Shown here: positions 54,295 to 63,843 of the stretch, piece by piece
Position numbering within the stretch: position 1 is the stretch's first letter
Layout: every line of letters begins with the position of its first letter
IMG/VR virus record: IMGVR_UViG_3300028177_000003
Coordinates: 25,530 to 89,529 of that record
Origin: a virus
Reading direction: 5' to 3' (one strand)
DNA length: 64,000 nt
The notes under the pieces: model-generated
The model's input: only the letters and a program-made list of their open reading frames with translations
What the model was told of the DNA's origin: nothing
Databases searched by the model: none
Translations under genes and position numbers: made by a program

Positions 54295-55803
54295 TTACAG
54301 ACCCAGATCGATATCCTCGCCCGTCTTCTTCGCAGCTCCAGGCGTGATATCGTGGGTGGTGAAGAGACGACGACAAGGCCACAAGACCCCAGCGAAGAAG
54401 TCCTTGAACTTCTTGTGGTCTCGCGCCTTCAAACACTGGAACTTGACCAGGTTTGATTCCTCCAGTTCGGTGTCGACGTACGAGGCTGTAACAATGTCGG
54501 AGGACCGCTCCGCTTCGTTGGCATAGGACAGGTGCGTGAGGTTGTACTTGCCCCCGTTCTTCTCTGCGGCCTTGAAGCCCTCTCGACTGATCTGGAACAG
54601 GGCCACAATCGCGATGCCCATGCCTCGGTTGAAGCTCATCGCAATCCGCTTCAGATCGCGAAGCACTTCGTTCAACCGCTCGGTGGTTGAGTTGTGGCGG
54701 TTCCGAGAAGCCATTAGCCCCGCGTGGTCGATGGTGATCATCCGGATGGCGGGGTCCTTCGAGTAGAGCAACTCCGCCCTGGAGCGCATGTCGTTGCTGT
54801 TGAAGTCCGACTTGTCCGGGTCAGCAACCTCAATGTGAATGTGCCCGTACTTGTTCTCTGGGTCGTTGAAGTCCGGGATGACGTGGTCGAAGTAGAAGGT
54901 CTTCTCGGGCCGACCTGGTGTGTAGGAGCCGTCCTCCTGAAGATCAAGCTCCCCGTCGCGAATCCGTTCGTAGTACAGGCACTTCTTGATGCCGAACTTC
55001 TTCCGCAGCGCGTTGAACTTCGGGTGCGATGAGTGGATCGCGTACAGGATTCGACGAACCTGGGCGTAGGGCATCTCCAGGGAGAACAAGATGGAGGAGT
55101 GTCTGTAGTAGACGGACTGGTTGTAGTGCCAGTTGATGGCCAGGGTTGACTTCAACCCTCCTGTGAATGCTGCGTGGGTCCACAGCTCAGCCCGCTTCGC
55201 TCCCTTCAAGGCGATGTCAATCTGCTGGATGCCGGACAGCTGGCCCATTCCGGCGAGGGGGTCAGCCTCGACCCTCTCGTATTCCCGCTTCACCGAGTCC
55301 CCGTCTGTGGTCACATCTCCTGAGAGACGGACCCCCGAAGTCGGCATGACCACGTCAGCTGCCCGGTCCACCACATACCGAATAGCGGCGATGGGGCCCC
55401 GAAGGTGGATCTCCTTGCGGCCCTCGGTAACTGTGACGCCCGTGGTCGCAATCTTGCCTGCCTCTCGGAAGATCTCGCTGGTGAGACGCAGGCGGCGGTC
55501 TTCCAACCGGGCTTCCAGCAACTTGAGAAAGTCGCCCTGGGTCCGGCTCCGTTCAAGAACCAGCGAGTCGAGCCGGTCCACCACGGACAGCTGCCCCACT
55601 GCCTCAAAATGCTGCCTCAGAGTGGAGGAGTCCGGAACGTGGTGGTACTGGACAATGAAGTCCTGAACCCAGGTCCAGAGAACCTCGTCCTCCGGGATAC
55701 TGAAGCCCAGCCCAGATTCTCGAAGAGCCTGGGCGTTCCGGAGAAACAGTCCTGCGTCGTCCGCCGGTTCCGCCTTGAAGGTGGAGCGCAGTAGCGTTTT
55801 CAC
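54295..55803 (-). CDS. dnaB: DnaB-like replicative helicase
   Basis: SGI..ID, AAFTGGLKST, FSLEM, IDHAGL, LFQISR, EAERSSDIV, LKAR. Confidence 0.88.
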   Translation of the reverse strand: MKTLLRSTFKAEPADDAGLFLRNAQALRESGLGFSIPEDEVLWTWVQDFIVQYHHVPDSSTLRQHFEAVGQLSVVDRLDSLVLERSRTQGDFLKLLEARLEDRRLRLTSEIFREAGKIATTGVTVTEGRKEIHLRGPIAAIRYVVDRAADVVMPTSGVRLSGDVTTDGDSVKREYERVEADPLAGMGQLSGIQQIDIALKGAKRAELWTHAAFTGGLKSTLAINWHYNQSVYYRHSSILFSLEMPYAQVRRILYAIHSSHPKFNALRKKFGIKKCLYYERIRDGELDLQEDGSYTPGRPEKTFYFDHVIPDFNDPENKYGHIHIEVADPDKSDFNSNDMRSRAELLYSKDPAIRMITIDHAGLMASRNRHNSTTERLNEVLRDLKRIAMSFNRGMGIAIVALFQISREGFKAAEKNGGKYNLTHLSYANEAERSSDIVTASYVDTELEESNLVKFQCLKARDHKKFKDFFAGVLWPCRRLFTTHDITPGAAKKTGEDIDLGL

Positions 55804-56543
55804 GAGCCACCCCGCAAGGTCTTACGTCCGCCAGGTCTGGTGCGGCCCTTGCCGTTCCCCTTGCCGTTCCCGCCCTTGCCCCCGTTTGAGGGCTTCTTTT
55901 GAGCTGCACCCTGAGACAGATCCCGGAGACGTTCCCACGGCTTCAGGATACGGGACACTGTGTCAGACCAGAAGAGGTGCTCCATGCCCAGCGGGTGGTG
56001 GGGCTCGTCCCAGACCCATGTGGGCTTGTCCTCGTGGTAGCGGATGTTGAGGGCTTCCGCCAGGACCTCTGGGGAGGCTACGTTGCGAGCCACCTTGACG
56101 CCCATCCGGATAATGATTAGGTCGGGAGGCACCACCAGATCTGGAATGGTGAGGTAGCGCGTAGAGACCAGATGTGCGTCGGCGTCGATGATGTCATCAC
56201 CCTTCAAGGCGACCGTTGCCAGCCACGCGGTCACCAGTTCTGCGTCGGACACTACTCGGAAAGACCAGCTGGCGGGCTGGCGAATCGCGATGTGTCGAAG
56301 ATGGGCGAGAAACTCGTCCCCTGCTGTGATCCACAAGCTGGAGTCCTGCCGGTCTACCAGCGGGGAACTCTTGACCACGGGGGCTGCGGAGAGACCCTTT
56401 AGACCCTTCTCCACGTTCGCGAGGATGTCCCCCTTGATGGCACACGAGCACCGGCTGAAGGTCGGGGGGTGCGGCTCTTCGTACTCAGCCTCCACGCCGC
56501 CCGTTCCTCCGCACAGAGGGCAGTTGGGGTCTGGTGCGCTCAC
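55800..56543 (-). CDS. degenerate DnaC/DnaI-like helicase loader
   Basis: N-terminal CPLCGGTG..RCSC; PDLIII..G, LNIRYHEDKPTWV; no intact Walker A; next to dnaB. Confidence 0.55.
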   Translation of the reverse strand: MSAPDPNCPLCGGTGGVEAEYEEPHPPTFSRCSCAIKGDILANVEKGLKGLSAAPVVKSSPLVDRQDSSLWITAGDEFLAHLRHIAIRQPASWSFRVVSDAELVTAWLATVALKGDDIIDADAHLVSTRYLTIPDLVVPPDLIIIRMGVKVARNVASPEVLAEALNIRYHEDKPTWVWDEPHHPLGMEHLFWSDTVSRILKPWERLRDLSQGAAQKKPSNGGKGGNGKGNGKGRTRPGGRKTLRGGS

Positions 56544-56704
56544 TGAAGTGCCTTCCGAATGCGCCTGCGCTCCAGATTCATTCCCACCACCGTCCAGATT
56601 AGAGCCGTCCCAGCGTAGGTGAGGAACTTCCCCGTCCACCACATCCAGGGTTCTCCGTCGAACCCCTGGGGGATTGCGTTGTAGACGTCCAGCACCATTT
56701 CCAT
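56540..56704 (-). CDS. small membrane protein (54 aa)
   Basis: Manual ORF MEMVLD.. with one TM segment and basic tail. Confidence 0.5.
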   Translation of the reverse strand: MEMVLDVYNAIPQGFDGEPWMWWTGKFLTYAGTALIWTVVGMNLERRRIRKALQ

Positions 56705-56728
56705 TGCCCTACCTCTCGCTCTTCAGAG

Positions 56729-57586
56729 CTACCTGTTCCCGGGTAGTCCGGGACCCGGTGCCAGACCTTGAATATGTGCTGTCCGCTTCTTGACGCCCCT
56801 CACCTGAGCGTCGTAACCTGCATGGTACTCGAAGTCGGACATCTTGATAAGACACTTCGGCACGTACTGTCCCCGCTCCTTTGACTCCGGCTCGTGGGGG
56901 TAGCCCAGCGGGTTACACACGCAGACGGCGTCCTTGAGGTAGGTCCACATCCGATCGTGCGTGTGCCCGAACACCCACAGGGGTGGCTGCGCCTCTTCGA
57001 TCAACCGCGTCATGTCGTGGCAGAAGAAGTGGTTCATCGCACCCTCCCTGCGAAAGCGCGGTGCGATGAAAGTGGAGGAAGGCAAGTGGTGCGTAACCAC
57101 GATGTCCGCTTCCCCCGCCTGGGCCTTGAGCATCTCCACGCAGAGAGTGTTCTGCTCGTACACCCAGGGCTCAAAGTCGCGGATCATCCTGTAGTCGTTC
57201 AAGCTGCGTCGGCCCAGAGCCAGCGTGCGGATCTCGGGCTCTGGGAACCAGAGGGTGCCCCCACAAAACTTGAGGCCTGCCACAACCACAGTCTCGTTGT
57301 TGAGCCAGTGAAGGTTCTTGTTCTTGACACAGATGTCCCAGAGCTCTCCGTGGACCTGGGCTGGGGACCGCCCGTAGTACTCATGGTTCCCGGTGACGTA
57401 CACCACCTCTGGGTACTTGCCGCAGAATGCGCTGAGTACCTCCCCCATACGGGAGAGTGTGCAGATGTCTCCTGCCAGGATGAGTACGTCGACGCCCTCA
57501 GGGTCAAGGGCTTCGATCCAGGCGAGGTCCTTGCCTGGGGGAAGGAACTCCAGGTGGAGGTCCGACAGAAGTTGTACCGCAGCCAT
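56729..57586 (-). CDS. calcineurin-like metallophosphoesterase
   Basis: SDLHLE, AGDI, GNHEYY, THHLP, GHTH, NPLGY. Confidence 0.92.
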   Translation of the reverse strand: MAAVQLLSDLHLEFLPPGKDLAWIEALDPEGVDVLILAGDICTLSRMGEVLSAFCGKYPEVVYVTGNHEYYGRSPAQVHGELWDICVKNKNLHWLNNETVVVAGLKFCGGTLWFPEPEIRTLALGRRSLNDYRMIRDFEPWVYEQNTLCVEMLKAQAGEADIVVTHHLPSSTFIAPRFRREGAMNHFFCHDMTRLIEEAQPPLWVFGHTHDRMWTYLKDAVCVCNPLGYPHEPESKERGQYVPKCLIKMSDFEYHAGYDAQVRGVKKRTAHIQGLAPGPGLPGNR

Positions 57587-57619
57587 TTCGTTCTTCTCTA
57601 CAGTCAGGGACGTTGGGGC

Positions 57620-58018
57620 TCAGCCTGGAGTCCGCTCCATCGCTGCCAGAAAAGCGGCGAGGACAGCTTCGCGATCCACCGCAGCCACGTAGGGCGAACC
57701 GTCCGGGGCGATGCCGGTCTCTACCTCAGCGGTGTCCATCATAGCCGAGATTGCCTCGTCCATCGCCTCGTTGAAGTCCGCCGTGGCTCCGCCTTCGTGG
57801 GCGCGGAGGGTCGCGTAGCCCTTGGGGATGTAGTGCTGGAACCCTGAGAGGTCCGCGCAGTCCAGGGTGGCTCCACAGGTGCTCTGGTAGACAGGGTTCA
57901 CTTGCATATTCCCAGAGGCCAACTCGAACATGGTCTGGGAGACGAAGTTGGCGTCGTCCTGGTCCATCTCGAAGAACTGCTGGGCGCCCGACTTGAAGGT
58001 CGCCTGGTACACTGGCAT
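57620..58018 (-). CDS. hypothetical protein
   Basis: Start MPVYQ with GAGGAG RBS. Confidence 0.6.
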   Translation of the reverse strand: MPVYQATFKSGAQQFFEMDQDDANFVSQTMFELASGNMQVNPVYQSTCGATLDCADLSGFQHYIPKGYATLRAHEGGATADFNEAMDEAISAMMDTAEVETGIAPDGSPYVAAVDREAVLAAFLAAMERTPG

Positions 58019-58019
58019 C

Positions 58020-58400
58020 TTAGTCCTCCTCGGTCTGCTTGAGGGCGGTGTCTGCAGTGTCGAAGGCGTACATGTAGTCACCGTCCTCGCTGTCTTTGAT
58101 CTGGTTCAGCGCTCGGCGAAAGATCTTCTCGCGGTAGATGAGCTCCGCCCTCTCAGCGAGCAGTCTCTCCACAGCCTCAGGCGCGGCGTTCATCAAAGCG
58201 AAGGCGGGTCTGGTGATGTCCTCCAGAACAACCCTTCCGACTTCGGGGGCCTCCACTGAGTTGGACTCGTGCGCCGCCTGGATAAGGGCTCGAAGAGCCG
58301 CCACCTCAGCTTCGGACAGAGGGCCTGATTTCTGCCCCTCCGCCGCCAGCGGCAATGCTGCCCCTGGTTCCGCATCAGCGTCTTTGATCTTCCTCAGCAT
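58020..58400 (-). CDS. hypothetical protein
   Basis: 126-aa ORF. Confidence 0.6.
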   Translation of the reverse strand: MLRKIKDADAEPGAALPLAAEGQKSGPLSEAEVAALRALIQAAHESNSVEAPEVGRVVLEDITRPAFALMNAAPEAVERLLAERAELIYREKIFRRALNQIKDSEDGDYMYAFDTADTALKQTEED

Positions 58401-58591
58401 ACTGGCCTCGTTCCGGGAGTGTTGACGTCGCGCCTTTGCTCTTCGCGGAGCCGCTTTTCAGACCACCCCACGCCCTCGAGGTCCAGGACCACGTGGCGCA
58501 AGTCCCTGAGAGCTCCCAGGACGCCCGCTGCCTCTTCCGCAGTGAGAGTCTTGAGTCGCTTGGTGAATTCGAGGATCTCAGCATTGTCCAT
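58394..58591 (-). CDS. hypothetical protein
   Basis: Start MDNAE. Confidence 0.5.
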   Translation of the reverse strand: MDNAEILEFTKRLKTLTAEEAAGVLGALRDLRHVVLDLEGVGWSEKRLREEQRRDVNTPGTRPVC

Positions 58592-58592
58592 T

Positions 58593-58958
58593 TCAGGAGC
58601 TCCAGTGTCGTTCAAGAGCGGCAAAACCGCTGGTAAGCTCACGCTTCGCTGCGGGGTTGGCCGTCTGGGCGTGAAGCACTACTCTGGGCAGACCACTTTC
58701 GTGCACCAGCATCTCGAACCAGGTGAAGGCGTGTCGACCCTCGAGACCCTCTTCCGTGTCCCCCAGATCGTTGTCGAAAAAGAGGGCGGTGAGCTCCTTC
58801 TCGGGGTCGGACACCGTGTTGGTCACGGCATCCTGGAACTCGTGGTAGGTCTTCACCCAGACGACGGAATCGGCCTGGGGCGCGTAGAGCCTTACAACCT
58901 CCCGGAAATATCCCGATGTTGGGTCTCGCAAGTCATCGAGCCACACAGCAATCCGCAT
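58593..58958 (-). CDS. cyclic-phosphate-processing receiver (REC-like) domain protein
   Basis: WLDDLRDP..WVKTY.EF..FDNDLG..G......W..TANP. Confidence 0.75.
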   Translation of the reverse strand: MRIAVWLDDLRDPTSGYFREVVRLYAPQADSVVWVKTYHEFQDAVTNTVSDPEKELTALFFDNDLGDTEEGLEGRHAFTWFEMLVHESGLPRVVLHAQTANPAAKRELTSGFAALERHWSS

Positions 58959-59004
58959 GTCCGATGTTACCCTGCAGGGAAGGTCGGGGCCCCCTCAGTG
59001 TTGC

Positions 59005-60756
59005 TCATAGCTCGAAGTCTACTGTCCGAAGCTCGTCCTTCACAAGAGGGGTGTCCCGGGGGGCCGGGATCTTGATGTCAAGGGGGTTGTGCCGAGCGAC
59101 GGCAGGCGAGGTCTTGGTCTTCGCAGGCGAGGTCTTCTTGGCGGGAGCCTTCCGAGTCTTCTTTGCGATGAACTTGCCAGGCATCGTCTTGCGGGCGTCG
59201 GCGACCATCGCATCGAAGAGGTCCTTGGTCGGGGACCCCGCCGCGTAGATCACGTCCTCGCCCTTCTCCCCCTTGATACGCTCTCCGAGAACCTTCTCCA
59301 GTAGCTTCCGCTTTCGCTGGTAGACGGCCTGAACCTTCTCGTCGATCGTGTCGCGGCAGATGAGGTGGATGGCGTAGACCCGGTCGTGGTCGGAACCGAT
59401 ACGGATCATCCGACCGAGGATCTGGAGGTAGTCTCCGGCGGACCAGGGAGTGTCGTAGAAGACCAGCGCCTTCGCTGCCTGGAGGTTGATGGCATCGCCG
59501 CCCGCCATCGTGATAAAGATCACCTTGACGGGGTTGTTCGGGTCCTGGAATGCGTTCATCGCCGCCCGGCGCTGCTGCTCGTTCTCGTCGCCGGTGACCC
59601 GAGCGCACTTGACCTTGAGCTTCTCCAGCACGGGAACAGCAAAGTCCACCATAGCTCGGAACCGGGTGAACACAATCACCTTCTCGCCGTCCAGATCGCC
59701 GTCGTTGGTGACCAAATCGATGAGCGCGTTCAGCTTCTCAGACTCGTAGTCCGGAAACTCGATCAGAGCAGGGTGGTTGACGATCTCCTGGCAGTAGATC
59801 AAAGCTGTGAGATGGGAGACTTCCCTGTCCTCTCCGTCGCCGTGCTCCAGGAGTCCAGACAGGGCCTCCTGGTACTTCTCGTGCTGGAACTTCGTGAGAC
59901 CAACGGTGACATCCCGGGTCACCAGGACAGGGAGGTCCTTTGCCACGGCGTGCTTAGGACGACCCAGGTAGAACGGGTCAATCTCCTCTCGGAACCGCTC
60001 GATGTCGGCGTCCCGGTAGCCCACAATGACAGGCACCTTGCGGTTCCGGCCGATGTTCTGCATCTGGACCATGCAGTAGTTGTTCATGAAGGTGTTCGGC
60101 GTCACCCGGAACAGATCCGGGACGACTACCCTGTAGACACCGTAGCCCTCCATAAGGTTGTTCTTGATGAGGGTGGCTGTCAGCCCCCAGCACCGCTGAG
60201 CCTTCGCGCTGAAGAACTTGCAGATCTTGTGGACCCGAGTCGACGGGTTCTTGAAGACCGTAGCCTCGTCGCAGATGAGGATGTAGTCTTCCCAGTGCTG
60301 GAGCGTCTTGAAGTCGTTGCAAGCAGAGCTGTAGCCCTGGATAAGGACCGTGGGGCCGGTGCTCTCCTCCCACTGCTTCTGAAGAGCCAGCCTTTGCTTG
60401 GGGTCTCCTACGCAGAGGATGATGTTGGCGCCCTGGGTGAACCTCTTGAACTCGTCCGCCCACTGAGGGACCGAACTCTTCTTGGTTAGAACCACCGCCT
60501 TCGCCTCGGGGTCCTTGCGCCAGATCATGCAGAGGGCCGCGATGGTCTCCACCGTCTTGCCCAGGCCAGTGTCATCCCCGACGATGAACCTGTTCATCGC
60601 GAGCAGGTGCACGACCATCTGGCGCTGGTACATGCGCAGGTCCAGCGGGATCTCTGTCCCGTCCCGCTTTGCGATTGTGTCCCGCAGGTTCGGGGCTGGG
60701 GGGAGGACGATGTCCTCCTTCACCCGCACGATCTTCAGCTTTTCATGGATGCTCAA
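59005..60756 (-). CDS. SNF2-family helicase/translocase
   Basis: YQ, GDDTGLGKT, ICDEA, LTATLIKN, KVIVF, AINLQAA, QILGRMIRIG. Confidence 0.93.
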   Translation of the reverse strand: MSIHEKLKIVRVKEDIVLPPAPNLRDTIAKRDGTEIPLDLRMYQRQMVVHLLAMNRFIVGDDTGLGKTVETIAALCMIWRKDPEAKAVVLTKKSSVPQWADEFKRFTQGANIILCVGDPKQRLALQKQWEESTGPTVLIQGYSSACNDFKTLQHWEDYILICDEATVFKNPSTRVHKICKFFSAKAQRCWGLTATLIKNNLMEGYGVYRVVVPDLFRVTPNTFMNNYCMVQMQNIGRNRKVPVIVGYRDADIERFREEIDPFYLGRPKHAVAKDLPVLVTRDVTVGLTKFQHEKYQEALSGLLEHGDGEDREVSHLTALIYCQEIVNHPALIEFPDYESEKLNALIDLVTNDGDLDGEKVIVFTRFRAMVDFAVPVLEKLKVKCARVTGDENEQQRRAAMNAFQDPNNPVKVIFITMAGGDAINLQAAKALVFYDTPWSAGDYLQILGRMIRIGSDHDRVYAIHLICRDTIDEKVQAVYQRKRKLLEKVLGERIKGEKGEDVIYAAGSPTKDLFDAMVADARKTMPGKFIAKKTRKAPAKKTSPAKTKTSPAVARHNPLDIKIPAPRDTPLVKDELRTVDFEL

Positions 60757-60806
60757 ACCGTGCCACCTCTGGGGCGCTTACCGTGTTGCTGCCCCCATAC
60801 GCCCCT

Positions 60807-61460
60807 CTACTGAGTAACCCAGTCTATGAACAGCGGGAACACCTTCTCACTCGCAGGGGAGAACCCGACCGAATCCATCTTCCAGCCGCGCTCCAGGTCC
60901 CCCTTGAACATCTGCTCCGCCTCTCGCAGTGAACAGGGCTCCTTGTAGACCGTGTCGCAAAGAGGCATGATCTCAGCAGCCCTGGCGGCAGCGACCTGAA
61001 CGTAGGTCTTCCACATGCTGAGCGCGATGTCTTTCTTGAAGAGCGCCGCGTAGCTCTTCAGAGCCTTCAAGGTCGCCTCTTCCGTGTCCGGCTGGGCGCC
61101 GACCGATCCTCCGGGTACATCTTGTACCGCGAGCGGATAGTACTGAGACACTACCCGAGCCATCTTCAAGAGCTCCACTTCCTCCTTGCTGAGTCCGCGA
61201 GGCCACCGTGAGGGGGACTGCATCAGCAAGACGTACATGAGCCACTTGCGATCAGTCAGGGGAGGCATGAGGCCGAACACCTTGCCTCGCACCGCCTTGT
61301 CGATAAGACGACTCCAGGGTCTTGCGGCCCTGGCCCAGGCATCCTGGATGTCCGCAGCACCTTCCTGCACCACAGTGAAGATGCAATCCCCGTAGCGAGC
61401 GCAAGCCAAAGCGTGATCACTCTGGCTATCGAACCAATCGGAGTCCAGGGGGTGGCTCAT
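60807..61460 (-). CDS. hypothetical protein
   Basis: 217-aa ORF. Confidence 0.6.
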   Translation of the reverse strand: MSHPLDSDWFDSQSDHALACARYGDCIFTVVQEGAADIQDAWARAARPWSRLIDKAVRGKVFGLMPPLTDRKWLMYVLLMQSPSRWPRGLSKEEVELLKMARVVSQYYPLAVQDVPGGSVGAQPDTEEATLKALKSYAALFKKDIALSMWKTYVQVAAARAAEIMPLCDTVYKEPCSLREAEQMFKGDLERGWKMDSVGFSPASEKVFPLFIDWVTQ

Positions 61461-62272
61461 TGCTCATGTCCTCCAAAGAGTAGGATCAACCGGCCAGGCC
61501 CGTCTACAGACACGGCGAGTCCGGTGTGTGTCCGAGAGGCTTGCACCTTCCCCGAACAGAAGGGCTCCACGTTGTACGCAGAACTCTTCATAGTGAAGTA
61601 GCCTGTCTGAGGCCCTGCTGCTGCGCGCTGGGGAAGTGTCTTCATCTGCGCCAGAGCTCCCACGAGCTCCTGCGAAGAAACTCCACCCAGGCCCAGGGCT
61701 CTAAGAGAAGAAAGCGTGCGCTCACCCAAGAGGCCGTCTACGGGCCCGCAGTGGATGCCCAGACGGTGCAGATGCATCTGAATGGTGCGCTCCGTCAACC
61801 GGGGGCCTGCCCAGAGACCCGCAGCGCACTGAGCCGCCGCGCACATAGAGGGCCATGCAAGCTCGCCTCTGCCCTCTCCTTGTAGGAAGTCCCCCACGAC
61901 CGCCCAGGGGCCCAGGAAGTGGAACACGTTGTCCAGAGCGCCCTGCACAGGGTAGCGAGACCACGGTAGGAACCCGAGGGGGATAACCAGACTCCACAGC
62001 AGCGCGAGCTCCTGCTCCTTGCTTACAGGATCGCCTTTGACTTCGAGACCCAGGTAGATCTCACGTCCGGTCGGTCGCATAGAGAAGTCCGCCGAGAGGC
62101 CAAGGGGTCCGGGGTCCTCTTCTACGCCCTTCCAGGTAGCCTGAGCGTGCTTCACTCCCCGGTACTTGATGCGCACGTTGCCGAGCTCAGCCCCCGCTCT
62201 TTCGAGGAGGCGCAAGGCTTCTGCGGTGTCTGGGGTGACGACCGTCGAGCGGTATGCAACAAGCTGGGACAC
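61457..62272 (-). CDS. protein with peptidoglycan-binding-like module
   Basis: IQMHLHRLG..CGPVDGLLGERT..SL. Confidence 0.55.
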   Translation of the reverse strand: MSQLVAYRSTVVTPDTAEALRLLERAGAELGNVRIKYRGVKHAQATWKGVEEDPGPLGLSADFSMRPTGREIYLGLEVKGDPVSKEQELALLWSLVIPLGFLPWSRYPVQGALDNVFHFLGPWAVVGDFLQGEGRGELAWPSMCAAAQCAAGLWAGPRLTERTIQMHLHRLGIHCGPVDGLLGERTLSSLRALGLGGVSSQELVGALAQMKTLPQRAAAGPQTGYFTMKSSAYNVEPFCSGKVQASRTHTGLAVSVDGPGRLILLFGGHEQ

Positions 62273-62316
62273 GGGTGACTCCGAACGTGTGGGCGCATAG
62301 GCACAATACCGTCTCG

Positions 62317-62344
62317 GGGTTCCCCGAGCCAGACATAGACGTAA
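62317..62344 (+). promoter_or_regulatory. Class A promoter-like motif
   Basis: Perfect consensus on + strand before AGGAGG RBS and ATG 62365. Confidence 0.75.
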
Positions 62345-62364
62345 TGCTTGAGGAGGACTATACC

Positions 62365-62688
62365 ATGAAGGCAGAAGAAATCCTGGGGGTGAACAACATG
62401 CTTCAGGCGGCTGAAGGCTCGCTCCAGCGACCGAACTGGACTCGCCGGGACGGTCAGTGGAACTGGGACGACGACCTCGCGGATGAGGAGACCTTTGTTC
62501 AGGTCCGACATGGCTACCGACTCAAGAGGAGCGGGTGGCAGCAACCCTACGCTCGGTTCCTCACGGTCAAGGGCAAAGTCACCGAGGGCATCCCCGACAT
62601 CCACGCGGCCACCGTCTGGGACTGCATGATCGCCGCCGAACTCTGGCTCAAGGAACAGGGCGTCCGCGTGCCTGTCTTGGAGGACTGA
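62365..62688 (+). CDS. hypothetical protein
   Basis: Start MKAEEI with AGGAGG RBS. Confidence 0.7.
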   Translation: MKAEEILGVNNMLQAAEGSLQRPNWTRRDGQWNWDDDLADEETFVQVRHGYRLKRSGWQQPYARFLTVKGKVTEGIPDIHAATVWDCMIAAELWLKEQGVRVPVLED

Positions 62689-62736
62689 CATGTCCCTGAA
62701 GACCGTAGACCTGACATGTCCCTGAAGACCGTAGAC
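62685..62736 (+). repeat. perfect 26-bp tandem duplication spanning a start codon
   Basis: CTGACATGTCCCTGAAGACCGTAGAC x2. Confidence 0.9.
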
Positions 62737-63222
62737 CTGCGGGGTCTCTCCCGTGACTCCGACCGCATCCGGACGGAAGTCAAGTTCGATTCCTACTCCC
62801 ACAGTCGCCAGTTCGAAGACAGGCAGCCCTGGCTGGTGCTGGGGTCGACCAACCTGGACCGGACCGGACCCACGTGGACCCTGAAGTCCTACCTGGCCGA
62901 GGGCATCACCGACCAGGAGCACGACTCCGCCTTCTGCCTGCACCTGGGGCTGGTCGGCGTGGAGTTCAAGCACACCTGGTACGGCACGTCCTTCTGGACC
63001 GCCTGGATTTCCAGCGACATCAACAACTTCAAGGTCGCTCCGGCCAACTACCAGGAGATCCTGGACAAGTACGGCGAGCCCTGCGACCACTGCACAGGCG
63101 AGGACGCGCATCCCATGGTCCCCGGTGACCTGTGGACGCCGCCGGAGAACAAGAAGTTCTTCGAGTGGGCCCGTGGTGCCCAGGTCGAGATCACCATCGG
63201 ACCGACACACCCGGACGACTAA
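62716..63222 (+). CDS. hypothetical protein
   Basis: 168-aa ORF, strong GC3 bias. Confidence 0.7.
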   Translation: MSLKTVDLRGLSRDSDRIRTEVKFDSYSHSRQFEDRQPWLVLGSTNLDRTGPTWTLKSYLAEGITDQEHDSAFCLHLGLVGVEFKHTWYGTSFWTAWISSDINNFKVAPANYQEILDKYGEPCDHCTGEDAHPMVPGDLWTPPENKKFFEWARGAQVEITIGPTHPDD

Positions 63223-63591
63223 TCTGACCGGCGGAGAGCGAAGTCCACGTCCTCCAGGGCTCCGACCAGCACGTCGAAGTAGTTGCTGACGCCGGTGCTT
63301 CGCCCGTCTGCGTCTTCCTTCAGCTTCCAGATGAATGCCTCATTGGGAGGCACCTCTGGAAACTCCCCCCGCTCCTCGTCCCAGTCCGGCGGAGTGAAGC
63401 GATCCATGGCCTCCTGGAGACCCTCTACGAACTTCCGGGACTGTTCAGAGAACCGATCCCAGTCCCTTCGGGGTGGGGCCAGCCTTCTTCAGGCCAGCCA
63501 GGATCGCCTTCCTCTCCTCTGAGCCCTTCTCCATGGAGTGGGCCAGCTTGATGAGGCTGGAGCGATCTGAGGCAGTGAGAGTCTTAGGCAT
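63219..63591 (-). pseudogene. shared-leader family copy 3, interrupted by a 1-nt frameshift
   Basis: Leader MPKTLTASDRSSLIKLAHSMEKGSEERKAILAGLKKA; frame 0 stops at 63445; +1 frame (DWDRFSEQSRKF..MDRFTPP) runs to 63219. Confidence 0.7.
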
Positions 63592-63625
63592 CGGGGAGAC
63601 TCCGTAGAAGGTAGAGCTATTGCGA

Positions 63626-63640
63626 GATAGCAGAGCTACC
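63626..63640 (-). promoter_or_regulatory. Class B promoter-like motif
   Basis: GGTAG-N5-CTATC upstream of leader copy 3. Confidence 0.55.
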
Positions 63641-63645
63641 GTAGG

Positions 63646-63843
63646 TCACGAGGGAGCATCCTCGGCGGAAGACTTTAGGCGCTCCTCCAGAATGGCATTG
63701 ATGGCTGCAGCAGCCGCTACCGATGCAAGTTCCTCATCCCCGTAGAGCGCGAGGTACTCGTCGTAGAATAGCGAAATCAGCTCCCCTAAAGAGGGGAGCT
63801 GGGGCGGTTCTTCCTCGGGGTCGTCTTCCCTACCGTCAGCCAC
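63646..63843 (-). CDS. small acidic protein
   Basis: 65-aa ORF; class B-like motif at 63883..63897. Confidence 0.55.
   Translation of the reverse strand: MADGREDDPEEEPPQLPSLGELISLFYDEYLALYGDEELASVAAAAAINAILEERLKSSAEDAPS

Noticed and set aside
50005-55803. Inteins or introns in polA and dnaB
   Set aside because: ORFs are continuous and of normal size, with no intein boundary or LAGLIDADG motifs
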